The position numbers and the translations under genes are program-made. DNA of 64,000 bases from the human T2T-CHM13v2.0 reference genome, Homo sapiens: NCBI RefSeq assembly GCF_009914755.1, contig NC_060941.1. One strand, written 5' to 3'. The number at the start of each line of letters is the position of its first letter. Within the stretch, counting starts at the first letter, position 1. Positions 10,601-28,739 of the stretch are shown piece by piece. Under the pieces are notes generated by a model, which did not search any database, was not told the origin of the DNA, and saw only the letters and a program-made list of their open reading frames with translations.

Positions 10601-13494
10601 ATAAAAAATGATAAAGGGGAGATCACCACTGATCCCACAGAAATACAAACTACCATCAGAGAATACCATAAACACCTCTACACAAATAAACTAGAAAATC
10701 TAGAAGAAAAGGAAAAATTCCTGGACACATACACACTCCCAAGACTAAACCAGGAAGAAGTCAAATCCCTGAACAGACCAATAACAAGTTCTGAAATGGA
10801 GGCAGTAATTAATAGCCTACCAACCAAAAAAAGGCCAGGATCAGACGAATTCACAGCCGAAATCTACCAGAGATATAAAGAGGAGATGGTACCATTCCTT
10901 CTGAAACTATTCCAAACAATAGAAAAAGAGAGACTCCTCCCTAACTCATTTTATGAGGCCAGCATCATCCTCATACCAAAACCTGGCAAAGACACAACAA
11001 AAAAAGAAAATTTCAGGCCAATATCCTTGATGAACATTGATGCAAAAATCCTCAATAAAATACTGGCAAAGCGAATCCAGCAGCACAACAAAAAGCTTAT
11101 CCACCACAATCGAGTCCGCTTCATCCCTGGGATGCAAGTCTCTTTCAACATATGCAAATCAATAAACATAATCCATCACATAAACAGAACCAATGACAAA
11201 AAAACCACATGATTATCTCAATAGATGCAGAAAAGGCCTTCAATAAAATTCAACACCTCTTCATGTTAAAAACACTCAATAAACTAGGTATTGATGCAAC
11301 ATATCTCAAAATTGTAAGAGCTATTTATGACAAACTCACAGCCAATATCATACTGAATGGGCAAAAGCTGGAAGCATTCCCTTTGAAAACCAGCAGAAGA
11401 CAAGGATGCTCTCTCTCACCATTCCTGTTCAACATCGTATTGGAAGTTCTGGCCAGGGCAATCAAGCAAGAGAGAGAAATAAAGTGTATTCAAATAGGAA
11501 GAGAGGAAGTCAAATTGTCTCTGTTTGCAGATGACATGATTATATATTTAGAAAACCCTGTAGTCTCAGCCCAAAAACTCCTTAAGCTCATAAGCAACTT
11601 CAGCAAAGTCTCAGGATACAACATCAATGTGCAAAAGTCACAAGCATTCCTATACACCAATAATAGACAAACAGAGAGCCAAGTCATGAGTGAACTCCCG
11701 TTCACAATTGCTACAACGAGAATAGAATACCTAGGAACACAAATTGCAAGGGATCTGAAGGACCTCTTCAAGGAGAACTACAAACCACTGCTCAACAAAA
11801 TGAAAGAACACAAACAAATGGAAAAACATTCCATGCTCATGGATAGGGAGAATCAATATTGTAAAAATGGCCATACTGCCCAAAGTAATTTATAGATTCA
11901 GTGCTATTCCCATCAAGCTACCATTGACTTTCTTTGCAGAATTAGAAAAAACTACTTTAAATTTCATATGAAACCAAAAAAGACCCCATATAGCCAAGAC
12001 ATTCCTAAGCAAAAAGATCAAAGCTGGAGGCATCATGCTACCTGACTTCAAACTATGCAACAAGCCTACAATAACAAAAACAGCAAGGTACTGGTACCAA
12101 AACAGACATATAGACCAATGGAACAGAACAGAGCCTCAGAAATAACACCACAAATCTACAACCATGTGATCTTTGACAAATCTGACAAGAACAAGCAATG
12201 CGGAAAGGGCTCCCTATTTAATAAATAGTGTTGGGAAAACTGGCTAGCCATATACAGAAAACTGAAACTGGACCCCTTCCTTACACCTTATACAAAAATT
12301 AACTCAAGATGGATTAAAGACTTAAAGGCAAGACATAAAACCATAAAAACCCTAGAAGAAAACCCAGGCAATACCATTCAGGAGATAAGCATGAGCAAAG
12401 TCTTCATGACTAAAACACCAAAAGCAATGGCAACAAAAGCCAAAATTGACAAGCGGGATCTAATTAAACTAAAGAGCTTCTTCACAGCAAAAGAAACTAT
12501 CGTCAGAGTGAACAGGCAACCTACAGAATGGGACAAAATTTTTGCAATCTATCCACCCAACAAAGGGCTAATATCCAGAATCTACAAGGACCTTAAAAAC
12601 ATTTACAAGAAAAAAAAATCCCATCAAAAAGTGAGTGAAGGATATGAACAGACACTTCTCAAAAGAAGACATTTATGTGATCAACAAACATATGAAAAAA
12701 AGCTCATCATCACTGGTCATTAGAGAAATGCAAATCATAACCACAATGAGATACCATCACATGCCAGTTAGAATGTCAATCATTAAAAAGTCAGGAAACA
12801 ACAGATGCTGGAAAGGATGTAGAGAAATAGGAACACTTTTACACTGTTGGTGGGAGGAGTATAAATTAGTTCAACCGTTGTGGAAGACAGTGTGGTGATT
12901 CCTCAAGGATCTAGAATCAGAAATACCATTTGACCCAGCAATCCCATTACCGGGTATATAAGGATTATAAATCATTCTATTGTAAAGAAACATGTACACG
13001 TTATGTTTACTGCAGCACTATTTGCAATAGCAAAGACTTCAACCAACCCAAATGCCCATCAATAATAGACTGGATAAAGAAAACGTGGCATATATACACC
13101 ATGGAATACTATGCAGCCATAAAAAGGAATGAGTTCATGTCCGTTGCAGGGACGTGGATGAAGCTGGAAGCCATCACTCTCAGCAAACTAACACAGGAAC
13201 AGAAAACCAAACACTGCATGCTCTCACTCATAAGTGGGAGTTGAACAATGAGTACACATGGAAACAGGGAGGGGAACATCACACACTGGGGCCTGTCGGT
13301 GGATGGCAGGCAAGGGGAGGGAGAGCATTAGGACAAATACCTAATGTAGATGACGAGTTGATGGGTGCAGCAAACCACCATGGCACATGTATACCTATGT
13401 AACAAACCTGCACGTTCTGCACATGTATCTCAGAACTTAAAGAATAATAATAAAAATAAAAGATACCTTTTCCAATTAAAAAAAAGAAAAAAAA
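7690..13494 (+). mobile_element. Near-full-length LINE-1, L1PA7/L1PA8-like, inactive
   Basis: Partial 5'UTR, ORF1 remnants from ~8343 to 9373, and ORF2 remnants (endonuclease [20 protein letters not shown]) broken by stops and frameshifts. 3'UTR and A-tail present. TSD tttagaagtca at 7679-7689 and 13498-13508. Confidence 0.95.
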
Positions 13495-14142
13495 CTCTTT
13501 AGAAGTCAATATTTTGTTTTCACAAGGGGGGATCCATTTCCTGCCCATCACTCAGGATCATTCCTGATCAAGGCCCCTCATTCATCAGGCACCAAATCAC
13601 AGGCAAGAAATTGGTCTACTCTACTTCATTGCTGAAAAGAAAGCCTCCAAGAAAGAAAGAGAAAAAGCCCTTGAAGCTGCCCCTGCTTGCTAGGGATGGC
13701 CAGTGAGCTGGATGAAACAGCTGCAGAGCTTGGATATCTAAAGATTGATTTTATTTATTTCCACTGAGCCACTGAGGTTTTTCAGGTGTAGAGTAAATCC
13801 AAAGCCCATTAACTCCAAAGCCATTTTTCAAGGAAAACACAAAAATGAATAATCGCTTGCTGATAATTCCTTTAAATTCCCGCCAGAGTTATGAAATTAT
13901 TCTTACTACAGAAACAATCATTAAACCACGTCAGACAAACACCTCTGAGGTCAATAATATTCCAAATTTATTCTGCCGAGAATTTTTTAAAACTTCGTAT
14001 CTGCCACATGTGCAACTCAGGCATTCTTGGAAACCATCCCTGCGGTAGCATATCTTTACTTGGAAGCAGTGGGAAAACTTGGAAGAATATTTGGAGAAAT
14101 ATCCAGACTCTGAGGTCTTTCCAACATTCCCAATCTGCCCTT

Positions 14143-14441
14143 CTTTTTTTTTTTTTTTGAGACACAGTCTCACTCTGTTGCCCAGGTTGGAGTGCAGTGG
14201 CATGATCTCTGCCCATTGCAACCTTTGTCTCCTGTGTTCAAGCAATTCTCATGCCTCAGCTTCCTGAGTAGCTGAGACTACAAACACCATCCACCATGGC
14301 TGGCTAATTTTTTGTATTTTTAGTAAAGACAGGTTTTCACCATGTTGGCCAGGCTGGTCTTGAACTCCTGACCTCAAGTGATCTGCCTGCCTCAGTCTCC
14401 CAAAGTGCTGGGATTACAAGTGTGAGCCACTGTACCCGGCC
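14143..14441 (-). mobile_element. Alu (AluS/J-like)
   Basis: Poly(T) then gagacacagtctcactctgttgcccagg ... gagccactgtacccggcc. Confidence 0.95.
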
Positions 14442-14449
14442 CTATTTCC

Positions 14450-14700
14450 TAATAATAAAAAACAGTAACTTCTACTCACTGAGTACCTACAGTGATTTAG
14501 TCATTCTTCTAAGCAGTTTAGATACATGAACTCATTTAATTCACACGACAATTCCCTAAAGTACACATGATTAGTATCCTGCTCTTACCCTAGCAGAGAG
14601 TGGTTAAGTAAGTTGTCCATGGTATCACAGCTAGTCAGTCACAGAGCCATCATCCAAATGCAGATATCCTGAATTCAGGTTCTACATTAGACTAACCCAC
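14450..14700 (-). mobile_element. MIR fragment
   Basis: MIR-like motifs (ctcatttaattcacac, ggttaagtaagttgtccatggtatcacagctagt). Boundaries approximate. Confidence 0.5.
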
Positions 14701-15659
14701 CGGGAATGGAGCAGGAAAGAACAGGGAAGACTCCACATTTTTGGCCTCTATTTGGTAATTATAGTTAACTTTTTAGGTAATTATAGACCAATTATCCTAG
14801 ATGGGCACTTAGAGACTTTGCAGGACAGCAAGAGCTGTCTCTAATCCTGTGCCCATGACAGACATCACCAGTCAACCACAACACAGTATTTAACTAACGC
14901 AAGTCAACTCCTCAGAATCTTTAACATTCTTGTTTGTGCTACTGTACCAATCAATCAATTTGATATGAGAGTGTGCAGGAAAAAACAGGAAACAGGTTTG
15001 CAGTACCTCCACACCAGTATTCAATGCTGTAATCCGCTGCAGTGACTCCATTAAAGACTTTGCCTCCCTTATACCCTCTCCAACTAGGGTGCCTAGTGTT
15101 ATGAACAAAGGGATATGTATAGGTTCTTGTGTTGCCTCTCTCTTTGATATTTTTAGCCATCAGATACCTTGTCTGCAATGTGTGCTCAGAGAGTGAGGGG
15201 GGAACTAGATGATTGATTTTCCAAATGTGTTCCCTAAATGTGTTCCCTGGGGAATAAGGGCACGAGAGGCTGCCTATTCTATTTCAAACAAATCCCCTTC
15301 ACTACAGTGTATTTGATGAGTTGGGGTTTGTTTTAATTCCATTTGGAAAAGGGCTTTAGCAGCTAAGCAAATGGTTTTAAAGTGCCTCAGAAGTCAAGAT
15401 TAATAGAAACTATCCAGTTCTGATGTCCTATCATGCTAAAATTTCAGGGACTAAGATTCTGTGATCATTACATTGAAACACAGCAGCAAAGCTGTGGTGT
15501 GTTGTCCTTCCTGGTTCAGAGATGCAACTATGTGCAGGGCTGCTGAGCTCTCTCTGCATCTGGGTGGGAGCCTAATGGAAGTTTTGGGGCTCCTTCCTGG
15601 TCTCCAAAATCCTCAAGACCACCATGTGAACACAGGAATCAAGGAAGGTTCTTAGATCG

Positions 15660-15781
15660 ACTCATCCCCCAGGCCTTTGGTTTCCTTGCTCCTTTCCCCG
15701 ACTACAGGTGTTTCATTTCAACTCATCCCCTAGGGCCTTGGTTTTCTTGCTCTCTTCCCCCACTACAGATGTTTAACTTCA
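15660..15781. repeat. Imperfect ~61-bp tandem duplication in the CCL11 upstream region
   Basis: actcatcccccaggcctttggtttccttgctc...actacaggtgtttcatttca followed by actcatcccctagggccttggttttcttgctc...actacagatgtttaacttca. Confidence 0.9.
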
Positions 15782-15954
15782 TTTCATAACCACATATTCC
15801 CCTCCTTTTCCAAGGCAAGATCCAGATGGATTAAAAAATGTACCAAGTCCCTCCTACTAGCTTGCCTCTCTTCTGTTCTGCTTGACTTCCTAGGATCTGG
15901 AATCTGGTCAGCAATCAGGAATCCCTTCATCGTGACCCCCGCATGGGCAAAGGC

Positions 15955-15970
15955 TTCCCTGGAATCTCCC
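15955..15970 (+). promoter_or_regulatory. CCL11: Overlapping STAT6 (TTC-N4-GAA) and NF-kB sites of the eotaxin-1 promoter
   Basis: TTCCCTGGAA at 15955-15964 overlaps GGAATCTCCC at 15961-15970, just 5' of the TATA. This is the established IL-4/IL-13 plus TNF composite element. Confidence 0.9.
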
Positions 15971-15985
15971 ACACTGTCTGCTCCC

Positions 15986-15992
15986 TATAAAA
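15986..15992 (+). promoter_or_regulatory. CCL11: CCL11 TATA box
   Basis: TATAAAA followed by GGCAG. Confidence 0.9.
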
Positions 15993-16083
15993 GGCAGGCA
16001 GATGGGCCAGAGGAGCAGAGAGGCTGAGACCAACCCAGAAACCACCACCTCTCACGCCAAAGCTCACACCTTCAGCCTCCAAC

Positions 16084-17965
16084 ATGAAGGTCTCCGCAGC
16101 ACTTCTGTGGCTGCTGCTCATAGCAGCTGCCTTCAGCCCCCAGGGGCTCGCTGGGCCAGGTAAGCCCCCCAACTCCTTACAGGAAAGGTAAGGTAACCAC
16201 CTCCAGAGCTACTAGGTCAGCAAGAATCTTTACAGACTCACTGCAAATTCTCCATTTGAAAAATAGGGAAACAGGTTTTGTGGGTGGACAAGAAATGCCT
16301 CAACCTCACATCCAGTCACTGGAAGAGCCAGAACTAGAAAGCTCCCGAGTCTTTTCCCCACATTCAAGAGGGTTGCTGGGTGCATCCATACCCAGCTATC
16401 CTTACAGTGTTTGGGAATGGGGAATGGCTCTGTCTTACTGTGGGCATGGTGGGCATTTTTGGCAGTGGGAGAGAAGGAAAATCTGTTGATTAGAAGCTCA
16501 GTATGTTAATTCGACTCCAGGACAGCTTTCAGAGACAGTGGCTAAGAGAAGAACGAGGTCCCAGGGGGATCTCTTGAGGTGACTTATTTTGACACTCTTT
16601 GGGAAAGTTATCTAGGAGATTTGTTCCATAACTCATTTTCCCATACTCTGGTGACAAATTTACTGAGTGTATCGGTCCCACTGAGCCAGTGCATAGCATG
16701 GTAACAAACAGTTCTAAATTATCAATGACTTAACAGAATTAACTAAATTAACAAAAGTTACTTTCTCACTTGTACTAAATATCTATAATGTATGGGCTCA
16801 GGCTTCTGCATTTTATACTCAGGATTCTAGACTGATGGAGAAGTTGCCCATGTGGGGGAACATTGATGGATACTGTGATAAAGCAGAAGAAAGCTCTCAG
16901 GAGTCTTGCATAGGCAATGCACTGTGGCTCAAAAATGACACCCATCACTTTGTCTCCTTCTTTATTGATCAAAACTAATTAATGCCTCCAACCAAACAAA
17001 AGTGGCCAAGAAATGCAAGTCTACCTTGTGTCTCAAAACAGAGGATGGAGAATATTTGGTGAAAATTACCATGACCATCACATGGCCACGTAGGTCTTTA
17101 TAATGACAGAGCTAGCATTTGTCACATTGACCAAGCTTTGTCCATACACTCTACAGTAATGATGAGTCCTCAGTGCACAGGGGAGGATGCTGAAGACACA
17201 GGACAGCATCCTCCAGACACATAAGACTTCAGAGCAGAGGGATTCTCCCTCCACCTCTCGCAATTCCTTGCTTTCTCCTAACTTCCTTTACAAAGTCATG
17301 CTTGGAAATGTCTATGTATCATCATGTGGCTCATTTTTTTCTCTGTTCATTTTTTTTCCCCAAAATTCAGCTTCTGTCCCAACCACCTGCTGCTTTAACC
17401 TGGCCAATAGGAAGATACCCCTTCAGCGACTAGAGAGCTACAGGAGAATCACCAGTGGCAAATGTCCCCAGAAAGCTGTGATGTAAGTAAATAAAGTTCA
17501 CCCTCCCCTAGACAAAAAAATAATGTCTAGGGCACAGAGTCAAGAACTGTGTCACAGTTGCTGGGAGTCATAGACTCTGATAGTTTGACCTCTATGGTCC
17601 AATTCATTAATTTTCACAAGTGAGTGTTCACTCCCAGCTCCCTGCCTGGGAGATTGCTGTAGTCATATCAATTTCTTCAAGTCAAGAGCAAAGATGGTTT
17701 TACTGGGCCTTTAAGAGCAGCAACTAACCCAAGAGTCTCATCCTTCCTCCTCTCCGTAGCAACCCTTTGTCCAGGGGCAGATGGTCCTTAAATATTTAGG
17801 GTCAAATGGGCAGAATTTTCAAAAACAATCCTTCCAATTGCATCCTGTATCTCCCACAGCTTCAAGACCAAACTGGCCAAGGATATCTGTGCCGACCCCA
17901 AGAAGAAGTGGGTGCAGGATTCCATGAAGTATCTGGACCAAAAATCTCCAACTCCAAAGCCATAA
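16084..17965 (+). CDS. CCL11: Eotaxin-1; join(16084..16159,17371..17482,17860..17965), 97 aa, Ala23 allele
   Basis: Encodes [25 protein letters not shown] | [38 protein letters not shown] | [34 protein letters not shown]. 76+112+106=294 nt with GT-AG introns. Confidence 0.98.
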
Positions 17966-20900
17966 ATAATCACCATTTTTGAAACCAAACCAGAGCCTGA
18001 GTGTTGCCTAATTTGTTTTCCCTTCTTACAATGCATTCTGAGGTAACCTCATTATCAGTCCAAAGGGCATGGGTTTTATTATATATATATATATTTTTTT
18101 AAAAAAAAAAAAACGTATTGCATTTAATTTATTGAGGCTTTAAAACTTATCCTCCATGAATATCAGTTATTTTTAAACTGTAAAGCTTTGTGCAGATTCT
18201 TTACCCCCTGGGAGCCCCAATTCGATCCCCTGTCACGTGTGGGCAATGTTCCCCCTCTCCTCTCTTCCTCCCTGGAATCTTGTAAAGGTCCTGGCAAAGA
18301 TGATCAGTATGAAAATGTCATTGTTCTTGTGAACCCAAAGTGTGACTCATTAAATGGAAGTAAATGTTGTTTTAGGGATACATAAAGTATGTGCATATTT
18401 TATTATAGTCACTAGTTGTAATTTTTTTGTGGGAAATCCACACTGAGCTGAGGGGGACAAAGATGGCTGTGGCCAAGAGGGGCTTGGTTAAGGGGGTGGG
18501 AACTATGTCCCTGGGAAATGAGTTTTTGGCTTAGCTGGTCTTCATTGAAATGCAGGGTGAAACTGACAAACCCATTCCAGCCCTCTATTCCCATTTTCAA
18601 CAGTATTTCCCAGACCCCAAACTTCAGCCACGAAAATATCTGGAGCTTTGCCACCATTCCTTTCCTCCCCACCTCATACTTGCCTCTCCTGGGACCTATT
18701 TTAACAGCCCTGTGGTATCTCCCTCTACCCGACCCTGCTCCTCGGTCTTCCAACCCAGACTAGGCAGACATGACAGACACTGGAAATCAGAGGAAGGCTA
18801 GGTGACCCTTGACCAGAGGTTTAGGTGCAGGTTTAGGTGCAGGTTTTACAGGTGTGGTGGAGCTTAAAGTGGGTCTTGTGCATGCACAAAGTGGAGAGGC
18901 TCTGCTGGAGGTATTTCAGTCTAGGTAGAGGAGAAGGGGTGTTGCTTGGGCAAAATCCAAGAAGTAGGAATGATCATGCTGCATTTACCCAGTTGGGTGG
19001 GAGCCCATCAAAAGATGTCAGTGTTGGAGTGTGTGTGAAATGGTGGGGAAATTTGGAAAGAAGTTTAAGACCAGGCTGTCTAGGTGGGGAGTTTGTGCTC
19101 CATGTAAGGTGAACATATGGTTCTTCCCAGCCCAGTTAGGATGCTTTTGAGAGCAGAAAAGTGGTATTATTCATAATTATTCTGGAACAACGGATATAAA
19201 TTAACACTGTCCTAAGCAAACTGGAGCATGTGGTCACTCTAGGAATAGAATGCATTGCAAGTTTTGATTCAGTGGAGAGAAGTGCCATGACCACACTATG
19301 AGGGGCTTCAGGAAGGGCAGCCAGGTGGCCATGGGCTGAATTGGGAGGAGAAGGGAGAAGCACTTAGCTCACTATTGCAGTGTATGGAAGATATGGAACT
19401 GGGGCATTGGTAGTTGGGAGGGGAGAAGATAATTGGAAGAATGGCTGAGGCAGGGTGGAATGCCAAATGTTGTGGTTGAAGAAGTAGAACCAATGACATG
19501 GAAACTTTCTAAATGCCAAAGCTGCAATTAAAGGTTAGCTTCTTAGACCCAGAAAATTAATTTCTCTCTGTCACTGTTTACTCACACCTTAACTTTACTA
19601 GCTTGAGAGCTTTCAATCAAATGGACAGGACCTCATCTTCCTGTATAAGCAACTTAAATCAGGATTCCCTTTCAGCATACAAAATCAGCTTGCGTTTCCA
19701 TTGGTCACATTACCTATGTACCTGAACGCAGAGACCAACTATGTCCCCAAGGGTAGAAAAGGGTCACAGGTGCCCTGCTGGTATAACTCTGCATGGTCTA
19801 AGGCCATTGATCTGGAGGGCCAATGGCCTACTGTGTCATGCATGCCCAGCAGGGTCGCTGCATGCAAAGCTCCCAGAGGCACCATTCATAAGGCTGTCCC
19901 CCTTGGACTGTGTGGTGGCAATGGCACAAGGCAATATAAAGAACAGAATGAGACATTAGGAAGGGCACTGATCTAGGAGGCAGATGACCTCAGTTTCATC
20001 ACAGACAGAGAACTGGTCTCTGTCACTGTGTTACTTTTGGCTTTAGTTACCCCATCCATAATAGGGGTATATTAATATCTTTTAAGGGATCTGACCAATG
20101 ACCCACCAAGATCTCCTGTTCTGAGAGCACTACCTCTTGGAAAGCATCATTACCTCCACCCATTGAGGGAGGGAATGTTGTCAGAGGGTTCCACACTCAC
20201 AAGCCCAAGTCGGACAGGGGCCAGGATAACTGGCACACTTACTCTATTTCTAGAAGATTTCTCTGTGAGAGCCGCAAGTAGAAGCATGGATCCCTAGAAC
20301 CATCAGAGAGCTTTTTGTATCTACTACAGAAGGGCTCCCACTCAGAGCAATCACTGGCCCTCACTCTGAGTACAAAAAACCTCTCTGCCTCTCCTATAGC
20401 CTAGCAGACTTTAGCCCTAAACATCAATCAGGATGTACCTCCAGAGGTCAGCCTGTCCAGGAGGCATGGGATGGCCACAGAATAGCTCACTGGGATCAGT
20501 AGACCCTCAGGTTTCAGGTCAGTCTTCACGAGGAGATCAAGAAGGGGAGTAGAGGGAAGAGGTGCCCTCTGTTTGTGAAGGACTGAACAGAATTTGCTCA
20601 TATCCCCTATTCCTCTCTCAAGGAATCCTGAACCTAATTACCCTACAATTGGGAATAGCATCACCAGGGCCTTGAGTATAAAACTGTGGGCACAAAGCAT
20701 TGGAGATGTTTAAGTTTTCTGATGGCACACAGATCTCAACCAGGAATCAGGGATGTCACCAACTCATTTCTCTGGAAAGCATACTATTAGATGAAGATGT
20801 TCATGCAGGGTTCACTGAGAGTATGGGGAAGCTGAACTAAGGAGAGGGAGAATTGGTATTGTGGTGCAATTGCAGCCCAGGTCTCAGCAATCCCATAGGG

Positions 20901-22734
20901 AGCTTTAGAACTGGGATAGCACAAATGAGGTCGAGGGGCCAGGCTTTTATACCCCCATCTGAACCAGCCCTGGCTGCAGGATGCTCCTGGAAGAGGACAC
21001 AACTCTGGGCAAGGCAGCTGTTTTTAGCTGACGGCGGGCCTCATAGAGGAAATTCCGCTGAGAAGCATTGGCTGCCAACACTTCTAGCAGCTGGGGAAGA
21101 AGCACTTTAGACCTGGGAGGGAAAAACTTGGGCAGCACACTATGAACTCCACCATGACCCACCCCTTGTGCCATTCAAATCCACTTGCTTATATACAAAG
21201 TTCTGGAAAACTCATCCAGAAATCTGTTGAGCCTCATTTTTTAAGGAAACTTGCAAGAGGAAGGTTGGTGGAGTGAACAGTAGCCACCTCCAACAGCTGC
21301 AACTGGTCTTGAGGTTATAAATGATGCTTATCACCCCACTCCTAGAACACTCATTCTAGATTTTCCTCAACCTCAGCCCATGCCTCTGCTGGCCTAAGTG
21401 GCTTGCCTTCAGGATTCACCCAGACCCTCATCCCTGAGGGGTTCAGCCCCTGGTCTTCACACTCCTCTCAGGACAAGGATATGGCTGCTACTGTTGTCCA
21501 TTTGCCATTAAAATTGGGTCAAGAGACATCCAAATGGGTCACCCAGATGCCAAACATATTCTTATCTAACCCCATTGAGTAAAAGCAGCTCCACTCACTT
21601 CTGATGACCAGGGCCCATTACCCTGGCCCGGATAGTGACCTCTTCCTCTCCTTGCCTGTTAGTTTCTTGGCCTGCAAGTCTAAAGAGATAGAGTGCAGCC
21701 ACAGCTGAGGATTAATGAGACTCCCTCTAGGAACCAAGGGGTAAGCATTCTTCCTCTGGGAAACAGGATTTCTAAATCCGTACAGCCCTGATGTGCACAA
21801 ATCCCCCAAAGTGGATCACTAGGAGTAATGGTAAGTAGGGCAATTTTACTTCCACCTTTGACATGAATCTATGAATTTTACCTATTGGGAATACAGCTTC
21901 ACTTATTATTTGATTTAAGGTCTATATTGAATCCTAGAGGATAGTATTTCTTCCTTGTAGGATACTCTTCCCAAGCTGGTGCCTTAACTGTGCCTTCAGC
22001 AGGCCATTCCATTACTGTATCAGCCTGGAAACCTGCGGATAACACAGGTATATAGTGGGATCAGTGGATCCGATGACCATACACCCAGTGCTGCACCTCA
22101 TTTGCTGTAGTGTGTCTTCCAGTCTATAGTGATGTTATGTGGCATGTTGCGCCAGTGAACAAACACTTGTAAGCTCTCAGATAATGGTGCTGTCTAAGGT
22201 ACTGGAGACAGAAATGGCAAACTCATACCTGGAAAGTGTTTCTACTCCAATTAAGATGAGTCATTGCTCTTTTCAGAGTAGAATAGGTGCAATGTAATCA
22301 AACATGTACTTTCCACCAAACGGCTGGTTAGTCTCCCTGATGGATGGATGATGCCATAGCCGGGGATCAACAATGGGCCATGTTACTGGCAGGTTGGACA
22401 TTCAGCTACAGGGCCACGTGTCATCTGAACTCCTGCTACCATAATGACTTTGTTCATATTCTTACTGTCCCATTACTGTGGTGACAAATAACAGAAGCTG
22501 GCTGATGCTAACTGGCTGAGTCATCTTGTTACCTTAGTCATTCTGTATGTCCAAATTCCTGATGGGATTAGTACCACATCTTTACATACTGTGTCCTGTC
22601 TCATAGGTTCGTCCACTTGCCTCTCTGCCAGAACCCCTTTCCCCCAAAATTTTTACCTTTGTCTTTCCAGGCCCCTGCCCAATGATGCAGACCATTCAAC
22701 ACTATCTATCTACGAGTCCATATATATATATATA

Positions 22735-28739
<6,005 letters not shown>

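Noticed and set aside
8271-13402. Multiple 60-236 aa ORFs
   Set aside because: All are broken pieces, or antisense shadows, of the L1PA7/8 ORF1 and ORF2.
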